From: Candidatus Taylorbacteria bacterium RIFCSPHIGHO2_01_FULL_46_22b
GTDB taxonomy: Bacteria; Patescibacteriota; Minisyncoccia; Phycocordibacterales; DSPV01
NCBI GenBank assembly: GCA_001820875.1
Contig: MHRF01000004.1
Span: forward strand, 17,434 to 81,433
Length of the DNA: 64,000 nt
Direction of reading: 5' to 3'
Shown here: positions 37,121-45,478 of the stretch, one piece after another
Numbering within the stretch: the first letter of the stretch is position 1
Layout of the letters: each line of letters opens with the position of its first letter
Notes under the pieces: model-generated
Databases searched by the model: none
Seen by the model: only the letters and a program-made list of their open reading frames with translations
What the model was told of the DNA's origin: nothing
Position numbers and translations under genes: made by a program

Positions 37121-38248
37121 GTGAAAACAATCAAACTTATTGTGGCAGGAATTTTTCTAGGCAGGAATCTGCTTCTTGCCCAGATGTTCCCCGGCTACAC
37201 CATCAGTGTTACACCGACAAATACAGTGGCAGATGGCGTAGGTGGTGAAGAAACATATGTCCAATGGGAAGCTCCTTTCGGAGCAATCACTCTCGCTGAC
37301 TTCATTCGCTTTTACCTACTTCCCGAAGGTGGGGGCCAAGAACTCATCTGGTTCAAACAAGAAATACTCCGAGCCGATAATTCGCAATATGCGTTCACTG
37401 GCCCAGGAGAATACAAAGTCTTGTACGCACACTTCTCGTTTTTCCAGTACTACGAAACCGCTTCGACACATGTTTCGGTTCGGCCTACCACTTCGCTCGT
37501 CCAAAATGCGCGTAACTATCCACCTAAACAAGGCCCTATTGTCGCCTTCGGAGATAGTCTAACCGAAGGAGTCGGGTCAACACATTCAAACCTCGTGAGT
37601 TGGCTTGAAGCCTACACGGGATACTCAATCATCAATGCGGGTGTAAGTGGCGATACGACCGGCGACGCGCTTCTACGCATCGAACACAGTGTGTTGGCAC
37701 ACAACCCCAGCTTGGTCATCGTTTTTCTTGGAGGAAATGACCTGCTGAATCAGTTGCCATCTTCGCAGACGTTTAGCAATCTCCATCAAATAGTTGCGCG
37801 AATTCAAAATCAAGGAGCTGTCGCTTTGGTCATCGGCATCTACAATGGACTGCTCGCAGACCGCTATCGCGAGGAATTCCACGAACTCTACACCAGCACT
37901 CGTTCGGTCTTCGTTCCAGATATCCTGCAGGGAATCTTGGGGAATCCATTCACCATCGGTGGCACACACCCCAACGACGAGGGCTATCGCCGAATGGCCT
38001 TGCGCATCGCTCCCCTCGTGAGAAAAATAATGGGAACGATGCTCACCATACAGAGAAGCGGAAATCTGATGAGTGTCGAATGGTTTGGTAACACAAACAC
38101 TGTCTATGATCTCCTCTTTTCAGACCAGCTAACCACCTCCATAAGCAGTTGGAATGTCCTCAACACAAGTACGGGTGCGAACGCTCTGATTAGCATTCCA
38201 ATTGTCACCACTAATTCGCCAAGATATTTTGGGGTGCGAGTAAGATGA
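37121..38248 (+). CDS. Secreted SGNH/GDSL esterase
   Basis: FGDSLT, NAGVSG, LGGND and HPN motifs. Confidence 0.88.
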   Translation: MKTIKLIVAGIFLGRNLLLAQMFPGYTISVTPTNTVADGVGGEETYVQWEAPFGAITLADFIRFYLLPEGGGQELIWFKQEILRADNSQYAFTGPGEYKVLYAHFSFFQYYETASTHVSVRPTTSLVQNARNYPPKQGPIVAFGDSLTEGVGSTHSNLVSWLEAYTGYSIINAGVSGDTTGDALLRIEHSVLAHNPSLVIVFLGGNDLLNQLPSSQTFSNLHQIVARIQNQGAVALVIGIYNGLLADRYREEFHELYTSTRSVFVPDILQGILGNPFTIGGTHPNDEGYRRMALRIAPLVRKIMGTMLTIQRSGNLMSVEWFGNTNTVYDLLFSDQLTTSISSWNVLNTSTGANALISIPIVTTNSPRYFGVRVR

Positions 38249-38340
38249 TCCGTTTGCACAATAACGCCACGGGCGTCGCGAAACATCCGCGGCGCTTTTC
38301 TTTTTCACCAAAAGACGATAGCAAAATCAGTTTCTCCAAA

Positions 38341-38505
38341 TTAAGAAGTTTTCTTCCTGCTCTTTATTATGCCTACAACACCTACAATCACTGCAAGCAG
38401 ACCTAGCAACTGTCCCCCCGGACTATCATCAATCTCACCATAGATAAAGAAAAATACCCCAAATAATATCGCGAAAATGAAGCAGAGTATTTTAATTTTA
38501 TTCAT
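38341..38505 (-). CDS. Small two-TM protein (54 aa; not in the ORF track)
   Basis: MNKIKILCFIFAILFGVFFFIYGEIDDSPGGQLLGLLAVIVGVVGIIKSRKKTS*. Confidence 0.6.
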   Translation of the reverse strand: MNKIKILCFIFAILFGVFFFIYGEIDDSPGGQLLGLLAVIVGVVGIIKSRKKTS

Positions 38506-38908
38506 ACAAAAATACTAGCACAATTATGAGGGCTGTTAACAGAAATTTGCTCCGCGGGTAAAAAGAAAAATGATCCCTAAGCTCCGGAGGCAGGATTCTC
38601 GATTACCATGCGCGGGTACTTTTCTCGTTTCGCTTCGCTCAACATAGAAAAGTCTTTCGAATCCTACACGGAAGCAAAATTGTTTGCTTCCTCCGCGGAG
38701 CAAATGAAAAATGCCCTGTGTAAGGGCACTTCTCATTTTCATTTGCTCGCGCTGGCGGACAACTTCCGAACAGCAATGGTTGGGGTCTATCCGCATTAGC
38801 AAACGACTTTGCCACAATTGACTGGTTGAAAGCGTACCCGTTCCCTAGTGTGGCACTGGGGCAAATAGCTGAACTTTTGAAATAAGAGAAACTCTCCTGT
38901 TTACCTTT

Positions 38909-39520
38909 CTACTTAGCCGTGCTCAAAAAAGAATAATCTAGATATTCTTTTTTGAGTCCCTCTCTCCCACTTGCGGTTAGAGAAGAGCCGAGGGCGTCTA
39001 AATAAAACCTCATACCTTCCATAATAAACCTAAACTTCTCAATATGTCTTTTCAAAAACTCAGCAGAAGAGATAGCCTTTCGTAACTCTGAATGACGATT
39101 CCCTTCTTCCGTGTAAATCGTAGAGATTGAATGTCCGTGTAGTAGCTGATTACGTATTGATGAGAAATCTTTGAGCTTTTCAATAATTTGATGATACTGG
39201 CTAGCTATTTCTAGCTTCCCAGAGAAATCAAAATTTGATGTGTAAACAAACATCGTAACCTTGTCACGGAAAGAGACGTTATCTAAGTTTTTCATTATCT
39301 TGAACTCATCGATTTCTTTTTTTATGGTCGGAATAACTATATGTCTAAACAAGGCATTGATCCCAATCTCCAGAACAAGATGGAGGGCGATAAGGAAATC
39401 TATTATTTCCTCCTCTGCTAGGGTCTTCTTTTGTAAGAGTCGATGGCACCTCTCTCGGTTAGAGTGTAAAAGGTAGACATGTTCCGTTCTTGCTTTCACT
39501 GAGACATTTATTTGGATCAT
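38909..39520 (-). CDS. Putative HEPN-domain protein
   Basis: LHLVLE helix plus RNQLLH (Rx4H) motif; overlaps the upstream gene by 4 nt. Confidence 0.55.
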   Translation of the reverse strand: MIQINVSVKARTEHVYLLHSNRERCHRLLQKKTLAEEEIIDFLIALHLVLEIGINALFRHIVIPTIKKEIDEFKIMKNLDNVSFRDKVTMFVYTSNFDFSGKLEIASQYHQIIEKLKDFSSIRNQLLHGHSISTIYTEEGNRHSELRKAISSAEFLKRHIEKFRFIMEGMRFYLDALGSSLTASGREGLKKEYLDYSFLSTAK

Positions 39521-40233
39521 TGTATTGAGTCAACAATTCTAAGGAGAGTATTCGCAATATGAATGATGTCAGCCGCCTCACGTGGATCGGTAAGATTCAC
39601 ATAGCGGTGGCTTGAGGGATTCTTGTAAGTACCTATCGCTCCAGAGAACAACTCCATACGAGCTTGCTGTTCAGCAGGATGTGCAGTTTTATCGACAAGC
39701 GGAGCAGAAGGAGGACCAAACGCTTTCCTCATGAGGTCAACACCAATCTCTTTTTCTGAGAGACCTGCCTTTGTTCGTACGCGTACCTCTACTTCCTTGA
39801 ACGCCTGAAAGATGGCAGTATCATAGTCACCTCTTATGAATGATTGTTTTACTTTCCTCACAAGGATAGAATCAAGACCATCTGATGGAAGTAAATATCC
39901 TTGCCGGTAGGTATCAAAATCTTGAGAGTCAAGTACTTTCTTGCCTCTGTGTGTTATAAACATCCAATCATTATTTCCTGGCTGTGGTGCAATAAAAAGT
40001 TCTTTTTCTAGCCACATCCATGCAACGGAAAAGCGTTCAAGAACCGATTGTCCTTGTTTATAGGATCCAGCCCAATCAACAAACTCTCTATCTGTACCTA
40101 ACAAGAAATTATGACGATTGAGTTTACCTTGTTCTGCCCTACCAAGATGTTTTAGGACAAGAGGAGCAAGTTCCTCCGGCTCCATCTCAAGGACAGCCTC
40201 TGGAAGTGGATATATTTCTGAATAAAGTGACAT
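39517..40233 (-). CDS. TIGR02391/Ymh family protein
   Basis: AFKEVEVRVR, GVDLMRKAF and LFSGAIGTYKNPSSHR motifs. Confidence 0.8.
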   Translation of the reverse strand: MSLYSEIYPLPEAVLEMEPEELAPLVLKHLGRAEQGKLNRHNFLLGTDREFVDWAGSYKQGQSVLERFSVAWMWLEKELFIAPQPGNNDWMFITHRGKKVLDSQDFDTYRQGYLLPSDGLDSILVRKVKQSFIRGDYDTAIFQAFKEVEVRVRTKAGLSEKEIGVDLMRKAFGPPSAPLVDKTAHPAEQQARMELFSGAIGTYKNPSSHRYVNLTDPREAADIIHIANTLLRIVDSIQ

Positions 40234-40293
40234 TTTGGAATAATACCATTCTCTAGTATGTGGTGCCTTTCAAAATCCTAAATATCTTTGAAA

Positions 40294-40719
40294 TTACAAC
40301 CATCTAGCTACGCCCCCATGATGGGAACAGGTGCCGCGTCTGCTTTGGCTGAAGCTGTAGGTCCCATCTCGGCATTGCGCTGTCGCACCTGCTGGGATGG
40401 ATGGAGCGTAGGCTGGAGAATGTACGGTATTGCCTGCGCTATTGGTGTAGTAATTGTCGTTTGAAAGAGGTGTTTGTTCTGAAGGTTCTGGCTGATTCGG
40501 AGCGATCTGTTTTACCGGAACAGAAGGACTCGGTGCTACCTGACTTACTTGTGCTGTATTGAAGGAGTTTATTGCCGCCGTAGAGTCTTGAACTGACCTA
40601 GTTTGGCTACTTGAATCGCCAAAGGCTCCAAGGAGCACTATAAGCCCGAAAAACGCTATAGGTATGATATAACGCTTCTTTTGGTACCATTTCCTCGTTT
40701 TTCGATCCTGTGTAGCCAT
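40294..40719 (-). CDS. DUF3761-domain membrane-anchored protein
   Basis: C-terminal GATAQCRDGTYSFSQSRRGTCSHHGGVARWL. Confidence 0.85.
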   Translation of the reverse strand: MATQDRKTRKWYQKKRYIIPIAFFGLIVLLGAFGDSSSQTRSVQDSTAAINSFNTAQVSQVAPSPSVPVKQIAPNQPEPSEQTPLSNDNYYTNSAGNTVHSPAYAPSIPAGATAQCRDGTYSFSQSRRGTCSHHGGVARWL

Positions 40720-40795
40720 AATGCTTTTGCAAGCACCATACTAGGCATGGGGAGAGAAAAAGCAAGAACTCTTAGAGTGGAGATAAATCCTCCAA

Positions 40796-41839
40796 TTATT
40801 CAGAAAAGAAAGAATCGCTTATTTCATCGGCAATAAAACCTGAAAATCCACCCCCGCGCATTTCAATCCGAGTTGGAAACATTTCCAGAGAATCTTTGAT
40901 ATGTTTTGCAATTCGCTCTGCACTTTCAATAGTACTAGAAACTACTAGCAACTTATAGCCCATTGAAGGAAGAAGCTTTTTTAGATTTTGAAGTAAGAGC
41001 TGATCACCGGCTTTCCAGCCAATGACAAGAATCCGGTCTACTTGGGGTAAATCGATAAGAAGCCGCTGAATATGTTCGGGGTGACAGATATAACGATCTT
41101 TTCCAAGAAGAGGTATTGCAATGGCTGGAAGTTCAATGAAATCATTTCTTTCACTATGTTCTTTTAGCTCATCTTGGTGGTAAAGCCCAACATCTTTTTT
41201 CCGGTGTTCTTCTAAGAAATCAGGATTTTTTATACACCATGAAAAACCGTCAATTTCCTCCGGTGAAGTACCGTACTCTATATTGGATTTTCGGTGTATA
41301 TACGCCCAATCATGCGACCCGTGGAGTTTTATAATCTTTAGACCACCCTCTAAATAATCCCGCATCCTCTTGAATGTTCTATGTGGAATGCTCTGCTCAA
41401 ACAAACTATCGTAGTTGAATGTCGCAACAAGCGCTTTTCCGCTCGTATGGGTGTTTATGCGGTTTACAAGAGATTTGTAGTTATTGACCTGCCGCGCCTT
41501 CTGGAAATCTTCCTCGGAAAGCGGAGATAAACCCCTATTAGAAATTTCCTTGAAAAGTGCCTGTAAATAAAACTCCAGCGCAACGAAATGCACTCTCATC
41601 TGCTCAGAATGTTTTGTGCGCTCTTTTATTTCAGTAAGTACCTCTTCAAAGCCACGTTTCTTTTCTTTTACTTGAAGAAGTATGTCTGACAGGAGATCGC
41701 CAGCTCCGGGGTACTTTCCAAGTAACGTATGCAAGAGAAAGTGGTCCTCCACTAAGTCTTTCGTTAGAGGTCCAACTTTTGCTATCGGTGAATAATCGTA
41801 TGAAGCTCCAGCACCGAGGATAATAAGTGGGTAAGCCAT
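40796..41839 (-). CDS. SIR2-like (SIR2_2) domain protein, putative defence NADase
   Basis: ILGAGAS, TFNYD, KLHGS and LVIGW motifs; start set at ATG 41839. Confidence 0.8.
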   Translation of the reverse strand: MAYPLIILGAGASYDYSPIAKVGPLTKDLVEDHFLLHTLLGKYPGAGDLLSDILLQVKEKKRGFEEVLTEIKERTKHSEQMRVHFVALEFYLQALFKEISNRGLSPLSEEDFQKARQVNNYKSLVNRINTHTSGKALVATFNYDSLFEQSIPHRTFKRMRDYLEGGLKIIKLHGSHDWAYIHRKSNIEYGTSPEEIDGFSWCIKNPDFLEEHRKKDVGLYHQDELKEHSERNDFIELPAIAIPLLGKDRYICHPEHIQRLLIDLPQVDRILVIGWKAGDQLLLQNLKKLLPSMGYKLLVVSSTIESAERIAKHIKDSLEMFPTRIEMRGGGFSGFIADEISDSFFSE

Positions 41840-41895
41840 TACATTGGCTATATTACTCCTTAGAGAATCTCCCGCCAAGCATAAAAGCAGGACGA

Positions 41896-42093
41896 CTAAG
41901 TGACTAGGTTGAGAAAGTCCATCACCGCGGCCGGATCCTCGTTCTCGTCCAGCCGGCTCGCCACCCTCTTCAAAGCTTCCTGGTACTCTGGTTTCCGGAC
42001 CTTCGCCAGCAATTCCTCTATCTCCTCCATTGAGGGAACGTTCTGTTTTTGTATCAATTCTTGCATCTTTTTTACTCCGACATGTCTAGCCAA
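41896..42093 (-). CDS. Small hypothetical protein
   Basis: Helical, charged; fits the operon. Confidence 0.5.
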   Translation of the reverse strand: MARHVGVKKMQELIQKQNVPSMEEIEELLAKVRKPEYQEALKRVASRLDENEDPAAVMDFLNLVT

Positions 42094-42851
42094 TCCTGAA
42101 TCGCCTGGCGCGCCTCCGGAGACGGGTTCCGTCCCGCTTCGTTCACCCTCTCGCCGTCCTTCTTGAGCAATTCTCTCCGCTCGCTTGGACTGGGCTTTTC
42201 TAATTGCATTTTCTCTTTTGTAAGTTCTGGGTCGTATGTTGACATCTTATCCGTCATCTCTAGGTACTCCTTTACCCTCGCCCTTGATTCTGGGGAGTGG
42301 AGTCTCTCGGTATTCCGACGAGCTAACTCGCGGGATTCTGATTCCGTCATTCCGCCCTTGTACACCTTTTCGTTTTGTTCCACCTTTTTCGCTTCTTGAG
42401 GAAACACAAACCCAAAGTATTCATTTACTCTTCCTTTTTCAATTTGTTGTTCTTTTGGTATCACTCCTATCTCAATCAAAAAATGGTAGACTCCTATTTT
42501 CTCAAGGGGATGCCATTTTTTACTTACTATCTCAGATAACACACCCGAAACATTTCTCTTTTCTAAAATACATCGAGCAGTTTGTTTGCCCTTTGCCAAA
42601 ATGCCCGATCTAAATATACGTTGAGCCTTTCTCTCTTCATGCTCATGATGTAATCTCTCATTTTCCTTTTCTATCATCATCTTATAATGCTCTTGTGTAG
42701 AGAAATATGCCAAAGCTATACCGGTCCCAAAGACGATACCCATTTGCCAGTTTGTAATTGCCAAGGACAAAGAAATGACAGTAGCTATAGCAAGAGCGAT
42801 AAAGAAGATTACTTTTAGCGCCTTCCACATAACATTATCTTCTTGCACCAT
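42072..42851 (-). CDS. Hypothetical protein, two N-terminal TMs
   Basis: 259 aa ORF in the minus-strand operon. Confidence 0.65.
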   Translation of the reverse strand: MVQEDNVMWKALKVIFFIALAIATVISLSLAITNWQMGIVFGTGIALAYFSTQEHYKMMIEKENERLHHEHEERKAQRIFRSGILAKGKQTARCILEKRNVSGVLSEIVSKKWHPLEKIGVYHFLIEIGVIPKEQQIEKGRVNEYFGFVFPQEAKKVEQNEKVYKGGMTESESRELARRNTERLHSPESRARVKEYLEMTDKMSTYDPELTKEKMQLEKPSPSERRELLKKDGERVNEAGRNPSPEARQAIQDWLDMSE

Positions 42852-43275
42852 GTCCCCAATTATCTTCGACCGGAACGTCTTTTTTTACCTTTGATACCCA
42901 CTCAGCATGAAGAAAACTCTCAGCAAAATAAAATAAAGTCATCAAGATCGTTATACGAGCCATTGAAGCTGTAAAACCGACTGCGCTTACTATAAAGGTC
43001 GCTTCGCTACGTCCAACGAGTAAAAAGATACTGACTAGAAAGAATATCCCACCTAGCAGAGCACACAACAGACCTTTCTTATAATATTTACCCTTCACCC
43101 AAGGAATATGAGAGAGGAGAATATCTAAAATAACCAGCACGCTTATACCGAGCGGGAGGGCTAGGATAATACCCACGGTATCATTGGGGGCGATTAGTAT
43201 TCCAAGTAACCAGATTGGAGCACTCCATGTCCAAACTTTTTTCCAAAGGATTTTCTTATTTTTCATGGGAGGCAT
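42835..43275 (-). CDS. Hypothetical four-TM membrane protein
   Basis: Hydrophobic ORF, first gene of the minus-strand operon. Confidence 0.65.
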   Translation of the reverse strand: MPPMKNKKILWKKVWTWSAPIWLLGILIAPNDTVGIILALPLGISVLVILDILLSHIPWVKGKYYKKGLLCALLGGIFFLVSIFLLVGRSEATFIVSAVGFTASMARITILMTLFYFAESFLHAEWVSKVKKDVPVEDNWGHGARR

Positions 43276-43300
43276 ATTACTGATAAACCCCCGCGATCAG

Positions 43301-43472
43301 GCAACAAAAAGCCCACCACGGGTAGTGGCTTGCGCCACTCATACCGGTTTCCCGATATGGCCAGATACAGCGACCCCATGATGGGTTCTTTATGCTGTAT
43401 CTGGTCTTTTCGCCATGCCCGGACAAGGGTTTAGGCTACTTTCAATATTCAATTGTTACTTCATAATAGCGC
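43301..43472 (-). ncRNA. Structured leader/antisense RNA, copy 1
   Basis: Minus strand: -10-like TATTAT, hairpins AUAUCGG-GAAA-CCGGUAU and AGUGGC-GCAA-GCCACU, closing helix CCCAUCAUGGG/CCCGUGGUGGG plus U-tail; homologous to 46538-46680. Confidence 0.6.
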
Positions 43473-43550
43473 AAAAAGGGCTTCTGGTCACTTTCTTTAC
43501 GTTTAGAAATTGGGTGTTGCGAAGAGGTATTACCAACAATCGGAAAATCA

Positions 43551-43579
43551 TTGACATATCGTCATAAATATGATAAGCT
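43551..43579 (+). promoter_or_regulatory. Promoter of the DGR target gene
   Basis: TTGACA-17 nt-TAAGCT with extended -10 TG. Confidence 0.65.
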
Positions 43580-43765
43580 TAGTAAAAGTATAGGTCATTG
43601 TAATCCAAGGTTCAAAACTATGAGACGAGTCTCTTGGTGATCTCTGTGAGGTCTTCAAAATACTCGTCTCATACCAGAGCGAGTCCCAACCACCTGTTGG
43701 TGTCAACAAAACCCGCCTAAAGTCGAAAGACAAAGGCATCAGTACAGTACAGAAAGAGAAAAGTT

Positions 43766-44605
43766 ATGAATACAAACTCTGATCGCGGTATATTCGCTCT
43801 GAGTGTTTCAGAGCTCGGTCCGACATTGGGAGCGCTTCAAAAGCATGGTGTTACCGTGGCACATCTCGATATGCTCCGTGCCAACAACGGCGACAACGAC
43901 TACGCTAAACGGTTTGCCCAAGCTCTCACCCTCAAGGCCTTCGAAACTTCAACCGACACCCGCATCGCGCGGCTCGTCCTCGGCAAGTCATTTGTTGACG
44001 TCGCCGACTGGGTGACCCTCTACGGAGCTCGGTTCAGCAGGAAGGAAGTGCACCAGGCGCTCAAGTTCCCGTGGCACGAAGATATTCTGATGGGTCCTTG
44101 CCCCTTCAATCCGGGCAAGCTCGTCAAGGACACACACACCGCGTTTCTGGGGCTAGAGAAACTCAACGGCTCGCCGCTCAATGTCATGAAGTGGAACGAA
44201 CTGCACCCGAAGAAGGACGACCTCCAGCCTCGGATGTACTGCGACCCGAACCCCTGGTACGCAACCGAGAAACACACGACAGAAGTCCTGCTCCAACCCC
44301 GCTGGTACCTCATGCTCACCGAAATCGTCCCGGACTCATGGAACAAACTCCCTGAAGAGCAGGAACAAATGCTCCCCAAGGAGTACGAAATCCCGACGAC
44401 CGTCGCCGAAACCACGAAGGACCTCCTGGTTTTCCGAAAGACCGACATACGTCCTAACCCGACACGTTGGGCACGTTGCGCCGAGAAGACCTCGGTCGGC
44501 CTCCTCTCGTGCGTTGGCGTCTTCGACGAGTGTGGCCTCCTCGTCGACTTCTGGCTCGGCTACCGCCACGACTTTGTGGGCCTTGGTGCCTCCCGGAAGT
44601 TCTGA
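43766..44605 (+). CDS. DGR target protein (C-terminal CLec/FGE-like variable domain)
   Basis: 3' end contains the VR; YEIPTTVAE resembles the RLPTEAE motif; ends VGLGASRKF. Confidence 0.9.
   Translation: MNTNSDRGIFALSVSELGPTLGALQKHGVTVAHLDMLRANNGDNDYAKRFAQALTLKAFETSTDTRIARLVLGKSFVDVADWVTLYGARFSRKEVHQALKFPWHEDILMGPCPFNPGKLVKDTHTAFLGLEKLNGSPLNVMKWNELHPKKDDLQPRMYCDPNPWYATEKHTTEVLLQPRWYLMLTEIVPDSWNKLPEEQEQMLPKEYEIPTTVAETTKDLLVFRKTDIRPNPTRWARCAEKTSVGLLSCVGVFDECGLLVDFWLGYRHDFVGLGASRKF
44491..44596 (+). repeat. DGR variable region (VR)
   Basis: 106-bp ungapped match to 44966-45071 with 18 mismatches, all opposite TR adenines. Confidence 0.97.
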
Positions 44606-44644
44606 ACCTCGAACACTTGAGGGCTTGCCCCTCTTGATTCCCTT

Positions 44645-44684
44645 GAGCCCTCGCGCAAATTTTTTGCGAGGGCTCTTTTCTTTT
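44645..44684 (+). other. Post-VR hairpin (DGR target-recognition stem-loop and/or terminator)
   Basis: 10-bp stem gagccctcgc/gcgagggctc plus T-run, 40 nt after the stop codon. Confidence 0.7.
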
Positions 44685-44687
44685 ACA

Positions 44688-44696
44688 TGCTACAAT
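44688..44696 (+). promoter_or_regulatory. Extended -10 promoter for the TR-containing RNA
   Basis: TG-C-TACAAT. Confidence 0.55.
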
Positions 44697-44965
44697 AATC
44701 GCATCCTGCTAATGCAGATTGGATTACGGTTCAATCTCGCGGGGTGTCTCACCTTTGAGATTCGCCAGAATGCCCTTGGTTTACGGATCAGGACAGCGTG
44801 CGAGGAAGGATGAAGATTTTACTTCTTGTTCGTTTCTAGCGGAGGTGTTTCCGAAAGGAAACTGCTCCCGAATAAAATTCAGGACTGAGAGGATATAGGT
44901 GGGCGAAAGCTTGCGGTAAACCTCAAGGTTCGGTGCCTTGGACGGAAGCGGACAACATTTCGCGA

Positions 44966-45071
44966 CTCGGACGGCAACCTCTCGTGCGTTGGCAACTTCG
45001 ACGAGAATGGCCTCAACGTCAACAACTGGAACGGCAACCGCAACGACAATGTGGGCCTTGGTGCCTCCCGG
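44966..45071 (+). repeat. DGR template region (TR)
   Basis: 24 adenines, 10 AAC/AAT codons in the VR frame; diverges from VR right after GCCTCCCGG (IMH versus IMH*). Confidence 0.97.
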
Positions 45072-45090
45072 CAGTCATCTCTTCGCCGAG

Positions 45091-45118
45091 AAGAAGCCTG
45101 CCATGTGGCGGGCTTCTT
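45091..45118. terminator. Hairpin between the TR and the convergent avd
   Basis: aagaagcctgcc-atgt-ggcgggcttctt. Confidence 0.6.
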
Positions 45119-45122
45119 TGTA

Positions 45123-45473
45123 TCATCGCTCTTTAGATGATCTTATCCATCCTCCGAGCATCCTGCCAATCTCATCAAGGCTCACCTCAATGGAGACGTA
45201 CCGCTTCCCGTCAATCGCTTTGACGTCCTTTGCAAGTCGGACGAACACACGCAAGAAGTTGAGTTTGAGACTCGTCTTCTCAAGAATAGGAACTTTCTCT
45301 GCTTTACCTATTTGGCTTGCCAATAGGATTCCCTCCAACACCTCAAGCAACAGCTCCTCGCATTTCTGCCAAACGGTGTAACGGTCCTGTTTGGGGATGC
45401 TAGAGCGATAGGTGTGGAAGGATTTGTATAGATCGTACGTTTTCTTGAAAATTGGGATGTCTAAATCATGCAT
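45123..45473 (-). CDS. avd: DGR accessory variability determinant (bAvd four-helix bundle)
   Basis: IPIFKKTYDLY, PKQDRYT, LRVFVRLA and EIGRMLGGW motifs; lies between TR and RT. Confidence 0.9.
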   Translation of the reverse strand: MHDLDIPIFKKTYDLYKSFHTYRSSIPKQDRYTVWQKCEELLLEVLEGILLASQIGKAEKVPILEKTSLKLNFLRVFVRLAKDVKAIDGKRYVSIEVSLDEIGRMLGGWIRSSKER

Positions 45474-45478
45474 GGTAT

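Noticed and set aside
38650-38705. Second tRNA gene at the island border
   Set aside because: Only T-arm and acceptor fragments are present, with no D-arm or anticodon arm.
44933-45381. ORFs over the TR (Q-rich and T-rich translations)
   Set aside because: Artefacts of AAC repeats in the non-coding TR and of the avd antisense strand.
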